In this document: positions 1 to 8,166 of the stretch, in pieces
Layout: the number at the start of each line of letters is the position of its first letter
Position numbering within the stretch: the stretch's first letter is position 1
Position numbers and translations under genes: made by a program
The notes under the pieces: generated by a model
Databases searched by the model: none
Seen by the model: the letters and a program-made list of their open reading frames with translations, nothing else
What the model was told of the DNA's origin: nothing
Source of the DNA: Patescibacteria group bacterium
Lineage (GTDB): Bacteria; Patescibacteriota; Minisyncoccia; Minisyncoccales; GWA2-38-27
Assembly (NCBI GenBank): GCA_020148045.1
Contig: JAHCRG010000017.1
Span: forward strand, 21,229-85,228
Reading direction: 5' to 3'
DNA: 64,000 nucleotides

Positions 1-318
1 TAAAAGAGTCTTTTTAAATTTTTTGTTTTTAGTTTGATTAGCTAAAATTCTTAGGGTCCTGGGTAAGGAAACACCGGCAGCAATCATAACTCGGAGATTT
101 CTGGCAAACATTATTTTCTCAGTCAAAGAAACCCAACCAAAAAAAGGAACTGTGATTAAAAATTTCTTTTTATGCTCCTCTTCTTCAGAAGTGGCTTTAA
201 TTAAAATAGAACCTTCTTTTCGAAGGATTTTAGCAAGTTCGTGTTCGTTCTTAGCTGACAGAGTTCCTGAGCGCGGCTCTCCTTTTAGGGTTTTGGCAAT
301 ATAATTATACCGAGGCAT
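1..318 (-). CDS. pilC: Type IV pilus/T2SS platform protein PilC/GspF, N-terminal 106 codons (gene runs off the window start)
   Basis: Not in the ORF track because it is truncated. Reverse-strand translation from ATG 316-318 gives MPRYNYIAKTLKGEPRSGTLSAKNEHELAKILRKEG...MFARNLRVMIAAGVSLPRTLRIL, a PilC-type N-terminus plus the start of a T2SSF domain. It lies directly downstream of pilB. Confidence 0.75.
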   Translation of the reverse strand, partial: MPRYNYIAKTLKGEPRSGTLSAKNEHELAKILRKEGSILIKATSEEEEHKKKFLITVPFFGWVSLTEKIMFARNLRVMIAAGVSLPRTLRILANQTKNKKFKKTLL

Positions 319-323
319 GGGAT

Positions 324-2072
324 TTACTCTATTATTACCCTCAAAACTTCCTCGATTGACGTTACTCCCTGGGCTGCTTTTACAAATCCATCTTCAATTA
401 TTGTTCTCATCCCCTCTTTTTGAGCTTGCCCTTGAATTCGGTCAGTAGTTGCCTGGCTAACAATTAGCTCTTTTATAGTTTCGGTAACATTTAAAACTTC
501 AAAAATCCCAATTCGCCCTTTATGACCTTCGGGACATTCTTTTGAGGGTTTTGGTCGGTAAAATGGAATATTTTTGAAAGTAGCTCTTGGCTTTACTGCT
601 TTTTCTTCCTTTAAAACTTTAAGGACCTTCTCTAAATCACAATATTTAGCTAAATTTTTCAGTTCAGAATCTGTTAAAATGTACTTTTCACTTTCTGAAC
701 AAAGCCGCCTAACCAATCTTTGAGCCATAATTACATTTAAAGTTGAAGAGATTAAAAAAGGCTCAGCTTTCATATCAATCAACCGAGGGATGGCTCCGGC
801 AGCATTGGTTGTGTGTAAAGTAGATAAAACCAGATGACCGGTTAAAGCAGCATTAATAGCCAAGCCGGCGGTTTCGTTATCTCTAACCTCACCAACCATA
901 ATAATATCTGGGTCCTGCCTGACTAAAGACCGAAGCCCTGAAGCAAAAGTTAAACCAATTTTAGTGTTAACTTGAGTTTGATTAATCCTTGGCATTCTAT
1001 ATTCAATCGGATCTTCAATAGTAGAAATATTTACTCCGGGAGTATTTAAAATCTCCGTCATAGCATAAAGAGTAGTGGTTTTTCCCGAACCAGTAGGACC
1101 GGTAACAAGAATCATTCCTACTGGTTTTTTTAAATTATATTGAACTCTTTCTAAAGCTTCCCCTCTTAAGCCCAAGGTCTCTAAAGTAAGAGCTTTGGCT
1201 TTTTCCGGCAAAAGTCGCATTACAATTTTTTCTCCGTCAAAGGTTGGTAAAATCGAAACTCGGATAGAATATTTATATTCTCCGGTCTCAATTTTAAATC
1301 GGCCATCCTGAGGAAGCCGATGCTCATCTAATTTCAAGCTGGAAAGAACTTTAATCCTGGCAACAATCCCGGAACTAGCTATTTTTGGTAAAACCATGGC
1401 ATCGCGTAAAATTCCATCAATCCGATAGCGAACTACAACTTCTTTTTCTGTTGGCTCAATATGAATATCAGAGCCCCTCTGTAAAATTGCATGTTTCATC
1501 AAAGTATCTACAATTCGAATTACCGGTAATTCTTCAGCCACCTTCCTTAAATCTTCTTTCTCTTCAACAAACTCTTCCTCCTTAACGGGTCTTATCACCC
1601 CTGCTTCTTTTTTAATAATTTCTCCAAATTCAGCTTCAAGAGTTTTTTGATATTGCCTTAAAGCATTCTTGATACCTGCCGAGGTTGTTAATCTTGGTAA
1701 AATTTTAAAATTAGCCTTCTTCTTAATAAATTCAATGGTTCTTAAATCTTCGGGATCAAGCATAGCCACTTCCAAGTTTATCCCCTTTTTTCTAAAGGCA
1801 ACGATGTTATGGCTTTTAGCAATAGCTTCAGGGATTATTTTTAAAACCTCGGGAGGAATCATCTCCTCTTCTAAATTTACAAAAGGGATACCTAAAATAT
1901 AAGCTTCCAGCCTAACTAAATCCTCTTGACTAATTAAACCCTCGGAAATCAAAACATCCTCAATCTTCTGTTTGGTTTTCTCTGCTTTTTTTAGGGATGC
2001 CTCAAACTGAGCCTCGGTAATTAGGTCAGCATCAAGCATGAAGGCCTTTAATCGCTGTGGCTCTACTCTCAT
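324..2072 (-). CDS. pilB: Type IV pilus assembly / T2SS ATPase PilB/GspE
   Basis: 582 aa. It has an N-terminal T2SSE_N-like domain, Walker A GPTGSGKTTT, Asp box, Walker B IIMVGEVRD and His box LSTLHTN. Confidence 0.9.
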   Translation of the reverse strand: MRVEPQRLKAFMLDADLITEAQFEASLKKAEKTKQKIEDVLISEGLISQEDLVRLEAYILGIPFVNLEEEMIPPEVLKIIPEAIAKSHNIVAFRKKGINLEVAMLDPEDLRTIEFIKKKANFKILPRLTTSAGIKNALRQYQKTLEAEFGEIIKKEAGVIRPVKEEEFVEEKEDLRKVAEELPVIRIVDTLMKHAILQRGSDIHIEPTEKEVVVRYRIDGILRDAMVLPKIASSGIVARIKVLSSLKLDEHRLPQDGRFKIETGEYKYSIRVSILPTFDGEKIVMRLLPEKAKALTLETLGLRGEALERVQYNLKKPVGMILVTGPTGSGKTTTLYAMTEILNTPGVNISTIEDPIEYRMPRINQTQVNTKIGLTFASGLRSLVRQDPDIIMVGEVRDNETAGLAINAALTGHLVLSTLHTTNAAGAIPRLIDMKAEPFLISSTLNVIMAQRLVRRLCSESEKYILTDSELKNLAKYCDLEKVLKVLKEEKAVKPRATFKNIPFYRPKPSKECPEGHKGRIGIFEVLNVTETIKELIVSQATTDRIQGQAQKEGMRTIIEDGFVKAAQGVTSIEEVLRVIIE

Positions 2073-2087
2073 ATGTTTTAATTTAAG

Positions 2088-2115
2088 ATTATATATTTAT
2101 ACCTTAGCGAATCAA
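2088..2115 (-). promoter_or_regulatory. Sigma70-type promoter for pilB (TTGATT-16-TATAAT)
   Basis: On the reverse strand, TTGATT is at 2115-2110 and TATAAT at 2093-2088, with a 16-nt spacer and about 15 nt to the ATG. There is no SD. Confidence 0.45.
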
Positions 2116-2138
2116 GGTTCTCGCCGAAGGCGAGGTTC

Positions 2139-2507
2139 TTATTCTTCAATGGCTTTTTTAATTTTTTCCATCACTTCCTCTATTGTATATTTAGTTTTCA
2201 CTAAATAAGCAGTTGCTCCCAATTTAACGGCTTGTTCCACATCTTCCATCTTTTCAAGATTAGTCAAAACAATAACCGGAATTTCTTTTGTCTCTGGTTC
2301 TTCTTTTAGCTTCTTCAAAACCTCAAAACCGTGCATTCTGGGCAAAACGAGGTCAAGCAAAATTAAATCTGGCTTTTTGGTCCTGGCTAAGTTAAAACCT
2401 GTTTCCCCATCTAAGGCACTAATCATTTCATAGCCCCCCTGTTTCAAAATATCTCCAAATGTTTTTTGAAGAGCAGATTCATCTTCAATGAATAATATTT
2501 TCTTCAT
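2139..2507 (-). CDS. Receiver-only response regulator (CheY-like)
   Basis: 122 aa with the motifs KILFIEDE, DLILLDLVLP, VIVLTN and KLGA. There is no output domain. Confidence 0.85.
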   Translation of the reverse strand: MKKILFIEDESALQKTFGDILKQGGYEMISALDGETGFNLARTKKPDLILLDLVLPRMHGFEVLKKLKEEPETKEIPVIVLTNLEKMEDVEQAVKLGATAYLVKTKYTIEEVMEKIKKAIEE

Positions 2508-2540
2508 GAAACTATCAACGAATACCTAATCTATTACGAA

Positions 2541-2558
2541 TTTACGAATATTCGTAAA
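2541..2558. repeat. Perfect 18-bp palindrome TTTACGAATATTCGTAAA between the HK and RR genes
   Basis: Read directly from the sequence. Extra TACGAA/TTCG(T)TA half-sites lie at 2535-2540 and 2570-2580. Confidence 0.7.
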
Positions 2559-2587
2559 TTTGAAAAGGATTCGTTATTCGCTGATTA

Positions 2588-3529
2588 CTAAATTGGTAAT
2601 GTAAAATAAAAGGTTGTTCCTTTTCCCTCTTTGGATTCAAACCAAATTTTTCCTCCTAATTTCTCAATAATTGATTTGCAGACATATAATCCTAAACCAC
2701 TTCCCCGGGTTCGTTCTTTCAAAATATTCTCTGCCCGGAAAAATTTCCGGAAAATATACCTTTGTTCTTTTTTAGGAATACCCGCCCCCGAATCTTTTAT
2801 TTTAAAAAATAAGTTTTTTTCTCTTCTCTCAATGCTAATTTTCACTTTCCCTCTACCTTTGGTATAACGAACAGCATTGTCTATAAGATTTTCAACTACA
2901 AGTTTTAATAAAGAAGGGTCCGTAAAAACTTCAGACAAACTTTTCTGAGAAGAAAAACTTAGCTCAATATGTGAGGCCTCGGCAAAAACCTTATATCGTG
3001 AAACTTGCTCTTTTATTAAACTTTCCAAGGAAAATTCTTTTTTCAATACTGGAAAAGTTCCTTGTTCAATTTTGGAAACAATTAACAAATCATCAATTAA
3101 TTCTACCATTCGGGCAATATTTTCTTTCACATTATTTAAATATTCTTCTACTTTTCCCGAAGGCACTTCCATTTCTTTTGAGGTCAGAAGTTCAAATGTC
3201 CATTTTATGTTGGTTAAAGGAGAACGCAGCTGGTGAGAAATTATGTTGATAAATTCCGATTTCATTCGGGAGGCCTCAGCCAATCTTTCAAAGCTCCGAG
3301 TCGTAACAAAGGCAATAATAAATAAAACTGTGGTAATAACAAGAATAATCAGAGCCACCATTTCAGGATCAGCTATATAACGAGTCCCGATTAAATAAGA
3401 GACAATTGAAGCTGAAGCAATAACACTTCCCATTACCAAAAAAAGAAACTGGGGGCACTGCCAAAGAGGAAGCCCATAACGTCGACACTGGGCAAGAATA
3501 TTTAATTGGGCAAGAATTTTTTTAAGCAT
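2588..3529 (-). CDS. Membrane sensor histidine kinase
   Basis: 313 aa with two N-terminal TM helices, H-box ISHQLRSPLT, N box LIDNAVRYT, and G boxes DSGAGIP and GSGLGL. Confidence 0.85.
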   Translation of the reverse strand: MLKKILAQLNILAQCRRYGLPLWQCPQFLFLVMGSVIASASIVSYLIGTRYIADPEMVALIILVITTVLFIIAFVTTRSFERLAEASRMKSEFINIISHQLRSPLTNIKWTFELLTSKEMEVPSGKVEEYLNNVKENIARMVELIDDLLIVSKIEQGTFPVLKKEFSLESLIKEQVSRYKVFAEASHIELSFSSQKSLSEVFTDPSLLKLVVENLIDNAVRYTKGRGKVKISIERREKNLFFKIKDSGAGIPKKEQRYIFRKFFRAENILKERTRGSGLGLYVCKSIIEKLGGKIWFESKEGKGTTFYFTLPI

Positions 3530-3571
3530 CTAATTATTTTATTATATCATTATATCATAAATCAATAAAGA

Positions 3572-3600
3572 TTGACCACAAAGGAAAATTTTGCTATATT
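3572..3600 (+). promoter_or_regulatory. Sigma70-type promoter for the tRNA pair (TTGACC-17-TATATT)
   Basis: The -35 box is at 3572-3577 and the -10 box at 3595-3600. The tRNA 5' end lies 10 nt downstream. Confidence 0.6.
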
Positions 3601-3609
3601 TGAAACATA

Positions 3610-3682
3610 CGGGGTGTGGTGTAATGGTTAACATTCTCGCTTTGGGAGCGAGCGATTCCCGGTCCGAGTCCGGGCACCCCGA
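3610..3682 (+). tRNA. tRNA-Pro (anticodon UGG)
   Basis: Hand-folded cloverleaf. The acceptor pairs CGGGGTG with CACCCCG, with U8 and D-stem GTGT/ACAT. The anticodon stem is CTCGC/GCGAG with loop TTTGGGA. The discriminator is A and no CCA is encoded. The T-loop reads TCCGAGT, i.e. C at position 55. Confidence 0.85.
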
Positions 3683-3684
3683 CT

Positions 3685-3755
3685 GCGGGTATAGTATAAT
3701 GGTAGTACAAAACCCTTCCAAGGTTTAGGCACGGGTCCAACTCCCGTTACCCGCT
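3685..3755 (+). tRNA. tRNA-Gly (anticodon UCC)
   Basis: The acceptor pairs GCGGGTA with TACCCGC and the discriminator is U, which is typical of Gly. The anticodon stem is AAACC/GGTTT with loop CTTCCAA. The T-loop TCCAACT again has C55. No CCA is encoded. Confidence 0.85.
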
Positions 3756-3757
3756 CT

Positions 3758-4096
3758 ATGTCAAAAAAAGTAAAAAAAATTATTTTTCCAGGAACAACTT
3801 TGATAGTTTCTTTTTATCTTTCAATTTTGTTCACTATCGGAATAATCGCTGGCTATCTTGGCACAACCCTTTTTCATAGAAGAATCCGGAAAAAAAGAGG
3901 GGAAGTAAGAGGGGTAAATTTACCTTTCAGAAAATGGGAAATCCATTTACATCACTGGATATTAGGAGGTTTAGGAATCCTTATTACTTATTTTTTCTCA
4001 TCTTTATCAATTTTCTGGATAGGTGTTTTCGGTGGTTTAGTTTTTCACGATATTTACACTGATAAAAAATGGTATAGAGTTATTTACAGAAAATAG
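3758..4096 (+). CDS. Hypothetical small membrane protein
   Basis: 112 aa with about three predicted TM helices. The ATG starts 2 nt after the tRNA-Gly 3' end, and a terminator follows. Confidence 0.5.
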   Translation: MSKKVKKIIFPGTTLIVSFYLSILFTIGIIAGYLGTTLFHRRIRKKRGEVRGVNLPFRKWEIHLHHWILGGLGILITYFFSSLSIFWIGVFGGLVFHDIYTDKKWYRVIYRK

Positions 4097-4102
4097 ACGA
4101 CT

Positions 4103-4137
4103 AAAAAAAGCCCACTCAAATTGAGCGGGCTTTTTTT
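4103..4137. terminator. Bidirectional intrinsic terminator
   Basis: The hairpin GCCCACTCA-AAT-TGAGCGGGC (4110-4130) is flanked by an A-run and a T-run, between convergent genes. Confidence 0.7.
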
Positions 4138-4153
4138 ATCTAATATCTAACAC

Positions 4154-5683
4154 CTACCGGGCATACTCCACTGCCCTATTTTCCCTAATCACCGTCACTT
4201 TTATTTCACCGGGATATTTTAATTCTTCTTGGATTCTATTGGCAACTTCTCTGGCTAATTTCTTTGCAAATAAATCATCGATCTCTCCCGGTCTAACAAA
4301 AATGCGAATCTCTCTACCTGCCTGGATAGCATAAGCTTTTTCAACTCCAGAAAAAGATAAAGCAATACCTTCAAGCTCTTCTAATCTTTTGAGATAATTT
4401 TCAAGGGTATCTTTTCTTGCTCCAGGACGGGCACCTGAAATTTGGTCAGCTACCTGAACTAAAATTGCTTCAAGGGTTTCGGCAGGGTATTCTTCATGGT
4501 GAGATTTCATAGCATCAATTATTTCTTTCTCTACCTCAAACTTTTCTAAAATTTTTATTCCAATATCAGTATGGGAACCCTGAACCTGATGGTCAACTGC
4601 TTTCCCAATATCATGGAGCAAACCTGCTTTTTGGGCTATTTTTGAATTAGCTCCTAATTCTGAAGCTAAGGTAGCAGCCAAATGGGAAACTTCAATTGAA
4701 TGAAGTAAAACATTTTGACCATAACTGGTTCTAAAACGCAACCTTCCTAAAAGCTGAACTATTTTGGGGTCAAGATTGACTATTCCGGTATCATAAACTG
4801 CTTTCTCCCCCGCTTCTTTTATCTGCGAAACAATATCTGATTCCACTTTCTGAACTGTCTCTTCAATTCTGGCTGGTTGAATCCTGCCGTCCTGAATTAA
4901 TTTCTCTAAAGCAGTTTTAGCAATCTGTCTTCGGATAGGATCAAAACCAGAAATCATTACAACTTCAGGCGTCTCATCAACAACTACTTCTACGCCGGTT
5001 AATCTCTCTAAGGTTCTAATGTTTCTTCCTTCTTTCCCAATAATTCTTCCTTTTATCTCCTCGTTTGGAAGATTAACTGTCGTAGTAGTCAATTCCTGAG
5101 CCTGAGAAAGAGCATATTTTTGAATAGCCAAAGCTACTATTTCTTTAGCTTTCTTCTCATATTTTTCAAAACCAGCTTCCTCTAACTTTCTTATTTTCTC
5201 CAAAATTTCTTTCTGATATTCTCTTTCAAGGTCTCCCAGTAATTCTTTTTTTGCTTCTTCCCTGGAAAGTTTAGAAACCCTCTCCAAATTTTTAAGAGTT
5301 TCTTGTTTCAAATCTTCTAAAGCTGTCTTTATCTCCCTAAGTTTTTCCACTTTCTCACGAAACTCTCTTTCTTTCTCTTCCAGATTTGAAATTCTCTCCC
5401 CTAAGATATTCTGTCTTTTCAATAAAAGCTTTTCAGCGCTAAAAAGTTCCCGGCGCTGACTGGCGACATCTCTTTTTGTTTTTTCAATAATCTGAGTTGC
5501 TTTCTCTTTAGCTCTTGATGTTATTTCTCCGGCATCTTTTTTTACCTGAGAAATTTTCTTTTGAAGAGTTGTCTCTATGGTGTCTGCTTTTTTCCTGGCA
5601 ATTGATTGACGGGCAAAATAACCCAAGGTCGCTCCTATTGCCAAAATAAGGACACCCGCTAAAAGTAGGATAAATTGATACAT
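4154..5683 (-). CDS. rny: Ribonuclease Y
   Basis: 509 aa with an N-terminal TM helix, a K/E coiled coil, a KH domain (IIGKEGRNIRTLERLTGV) and an HD domain (HSIEVSHLA...LLHDIGK). Confidence 0.9.
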   Translation of the reverse strand: MYQFILLLAGVLILAIGATLGYFARQSIARKKADTIETTLQKKISQVKKDAGEITSRAKEKATQIIEKTKRDVASQRRELFSAEKLLLKRQNILGERISNLEEKEREFREKVEKLREIKTALEDLKQETLKNLERVSKLSREEAKKELLGDLEREYQKEILEKIRKLEEAGFEKYEKKAKEIVALAIQKYALSQAQELTTTTVNLPNEEIKGRIIGKEGRNIRTLERLTGVEVVVDETPEVVMISGFDPIRRQIAKTALEKLIQDGRIQPARIEETVQKVESDIVSQIKEAGEKAVYDTGIVNLDPKIVQLLGRLRFRTSYGQNVLLHSIEVSHLAATLASELGANSKIAQKAGLLHDIGKAVDHQVQGSHTDIGIKILEKFEVEKEIIDAMKSHHEEYPAETLEAILVQVADQISGARPGARKDTLENYLKRLEELEGIALSFSGVEKAYAIQAGREIRIFVRPGEIDDLFAKKLAREVANRIQEELKYPGEIKVTVIRENRAVEYAR

Positions 5684-5814
5684 ATTTCGAAAGAATTTGG
5701 CTATTTATCATGTTGTTGTAAAAAACAAGAATTTAATAGAATAAACCAAAATTCAAATTATTTGTTTTCTAAAGACATCTTAGCAAATATTCCAAAAAAA
5801 GTAAACCCTGGCTT

Positions 5815-5842
5815 AATAAAAAACCGTCTTTAAAAAAGACGG
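5815..5842 (-). terminator. Intrinsic terminator downstream of clpP
   Basis: The reverse strand reads CCGTCTT-TTTTAA-AGACGG followed by TTTTTTATT. Confidence 0.6.
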
Positions 5843-5866
5843 CTATCTTTGAACCTCCTAATTTAT

Positions 5867-6451
5867 CTACTCTTTTGCCTTTATTACTTCATCAATAATT
5901 CCGTATTCCTTTGCTTCATCGGCTGATAAATAAAAATCTCTATCAGTATCTTTTTCTACTTTTTCTAAGGATTGACCCGTGTGTTTAGCTAACATTTTAT
6001 TTAATTTATTTTTGATTTTAATAATCTGTTTAGCTGTGATTTCAATTTCTATTGCCTCTCCTGTTACTCCGCCTGCTACTTGATGAAGCAAAACTTCGGT
6101 ATTTGGCAAAGCAAAACGTTTCCCTTTTTCCCCGGCAGCAAGCAAAACAGCACCCATTGAGCCCGCTAATCCAAAACAAATTGTAGCAACCGGGCATTTT
6201 ATATACTGCATGGTATCGTAAATTGCCAGACCAGCAGTTACCGAGCCTCCGGGCGTATTGATATAAAGCTGAATGTCTTTTTTTGGATCCTGGCTAGCTA
6301 AAAACAGCATCTGGGCAATTACTAAATTAGCCAGGGTATCAGTAATAGGACCTGCTAAAAAAATGATTCTATCTTTTAAAAGCCGAGAATAAATATCATA
6401 AGCCCTTTCCCCATGTTTTGTTTTTTCTAAAACCGTTGGAACTAAATTCAT
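5867..6451 (-). CDS. clpP: ATP-dependent Clp protease proteolytic subunit
   Basis: 194 aa. [18 protein letters not shown] and the GSMGA...H...D catalytic context are present. Confidence 0.95.
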   Translation of the reverse strand: MNLVPTVLEKTKHGERAYDIYSRLLKDRIIFLAGPITDTLANLVIAQMLFLASQDPKKDIQLYINTPGGSVTAGLAIYDTMQYIKCPVATICFGLAGSMGAVLLAAGEKGKRFALPNTEVLLHQVAGGVTGEAIEIEITAKQIIKIKNKLNKMLAKHTGQSLEKVEKDTDRDFYLSADEAKEYGIIDEVIKAKE

Positions 6452-7626
6452 AAGTTTTCAAGTAATTGAAATATTTTTTCTATTTTCTCTGCTTCTTGAG
6501 TATACTTCTTTATTTCCTCGGAGTCAAGTTCTCTTTTGCCGATTTCTCTTAAAACCAAGAAGTTTTTTACTTTTTTCTGAGTTTGGGACAGAAAGGAATC
6601 TATTACTTCTTTTTCGGTTTTTTTCAGTTTCTTTAAATAATCCTCAAAAGGGATTTTTAATCTTTCAGAAACCATTTTTTTAAGATCTTCCAGCATTTGT
6701 TTTTGTTCCTGCTCAATTAAAACTTCGGGAATTTCAGATTTTGATGCCTGACTTATTTTTTCCAAAATCTCTTCTCTTACTCGCTGAGATTCTACCCGTT
6801 CTTTCTCTAAATTAAGTCCTTCTTTTACATTGTTCTTGAGGGCGTTTAAATTTTCAAATTTTCCCAAACTTTTTGCAAACTGGTCATCAACTTTAGGAAG
6901 CTCCACATTCTGAATTGACTTCATTTTAACTTTAAGCGTAATCTGTTTGCCTAGCTTCTGGAAAGGATGGTTTTCCGGAATATTTATTGAAACTCCATCT
7001 TTTTCCTCTTCTGCCTTCATTCCAATTAATTTTTCTTCAAACCCTGGAATGAAATGACCCTCTCCTAAAATAAAAGCATCCTTTCGTCCCTCTCCCTGAA
7101 TTTGAGCTGACCAATATTCAATCTCCACAAAATCCCCTTTCTGAGCAGGTTGATTTTTTAAAGTAAATTTTGCCCGAGATTTCTGAAGCCATTTTAAAGC
7201 ATTTTCAATTTCTTTTTCTTCCACTACAACTTTATTTCTCTTGATATTAGAAGCAATCTTTCTATAATCAGGTAATTTAATTTCAGGCAGAACCGCTGTT
7301 TTCGCTGAAAAAACCAAATCACTACCCTTAGCAAGTTTCTTAATTTCAATCTTTGGCTGAAAAATGGCTTCAATTTTATTTTCTAAAACTGCCTTTTTAT
7401 AAGTTTCATTAACAGCTAAATCACCTGCTTCAATTAATATCTTTTCTGGACCTATATGTTCTTCGATAATATTTTTTGGCGCTTTGCCTTTTCTAAAACC
7501 TCTAATTTCTAAGTCCTTACCCAAGTTTAAGGTAGCCCGCTCAATAAAGTTATCGAATTCGTCAGCGGGCACTTCAATCTCTAGTTCAATTTGAGATTTC
7601 GGTAATTTATTTATCTTTACCCGCAT
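6448..7626 (-). CDS. tig: Trigger factor
   Basis: 392 aa with the ribosome-binding N-domain motif GFRKGKAP and a central FKBP-like region. It sits upstream of clpP with a 4-nt overlap. Confidence 0.85.
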   Translation of the reverse strand: MRVKINKLPKSQIELEIEVPADEFDNFIERATLNLGKDLEIRGFRKGKAPKNIIEEHIGPEKILIEAGDLAVNETYKKAVLENKIEAIFQPKIEIKKLAKGSDLVFSAKTAVLPEIKLPDYRKIASNIKRNKVVVEEKEIENALKWLQKSRAKFTLKNQPAQKGDFVEIEYWSAQIQGEGRKDAFILGEGHFIPGFEEKLIGMKAEEEKDGVSINIPENHPFQKLGKQITLKVKMKSIQNVELPKVDDQFAKSLGKFENLNALKNNVKEGLNLEKERVESQRVREEILEKISQASKSEIPEVLIEQEQKQMLEDLKKMVSERLKIPFEDYLKKLKKTEKEVIDSFLSQTQKKVKNFLVLREIGKRELDSEEIKKYTQEAEKIEKIFQLLENL

Positions 7627-8152
7627 ATTTCTCCACCGCCTTCTTAATTATCTCTTTAGCTTTATCTACTCCTCCCCAGCCTTTTATTTTAACGAACTTG
7701 TATTTTTCCTTCTCTAACTTCTTATAGTCGGCAAAAAAGATCTCTATCTCTTTTTTAAGATGTTCATCAAGGTCCTCTGTTTTTCGAATCTTTTTAAAGC
7801 GAGGATCTACTTTTCCCGAAGGAACAGCCACAATTTTATTATCAATTCCTGCCTCGTCTTCCATCAAGAGCATCCCAATTGGACAAGCTGAAATAACACA
7901 TCCCGGGAAAGTGGGATAAGTGGTGAGGAGAACCACATCTAATGAATCACCATCTTCAGATATTGTCTGGGGAACAAAGCCATATTCAAATGGAAAAAAC
8001 ATAGGGGAGTAAAGCGTCCTATCTAATTTAAAATATCCCTTATCTTCTTCGTATTCATATTTATTTTCTGAACCCTTAGGAATATCTATCACTACATTGA
8101 TTTGGTCTGGTGGATTTTCCCCAGCTGGAATATCTTTAAATAAATTAGTCAT
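7607..8152 (-). CDS. ppa: Inorganic pyrophosphatase (family I)
   Basis: 181 aa with the motifs IPKGSENKYEYE, YGFVPQT, DGDSLDV and DNKIVAV. Confidence 0.9.
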   Translation of the reverse strand: MTNLFKDIPAGENPPDQINVVIDIPKGSENKYEYEEDKGYFKLDRTLYSPMFFPFEYGFVPQTISEDGDSLDVVLLTTYPTFPGCVISACPIGMLLMEDEAGIDNKIVAVPSGKVDPRFKKIRKTEDLDEHLKKEIEIFFADYKKLEKEKYKFVKIKGWGGVDKAKEIIKKAVEKYAGKDK

Positions 8153-8166
8153 AATATTAAATAATA

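Noticed and set aside
2120-2134. A GC hairpin CTCGCC-GAA-GGCGAG after the response-regulator gene, considered as a terminator.
   Set aside because: No U-tract follows on the transcribed strand, and it lies just upstream of the putative pilB -35 box. Its function is unclear.
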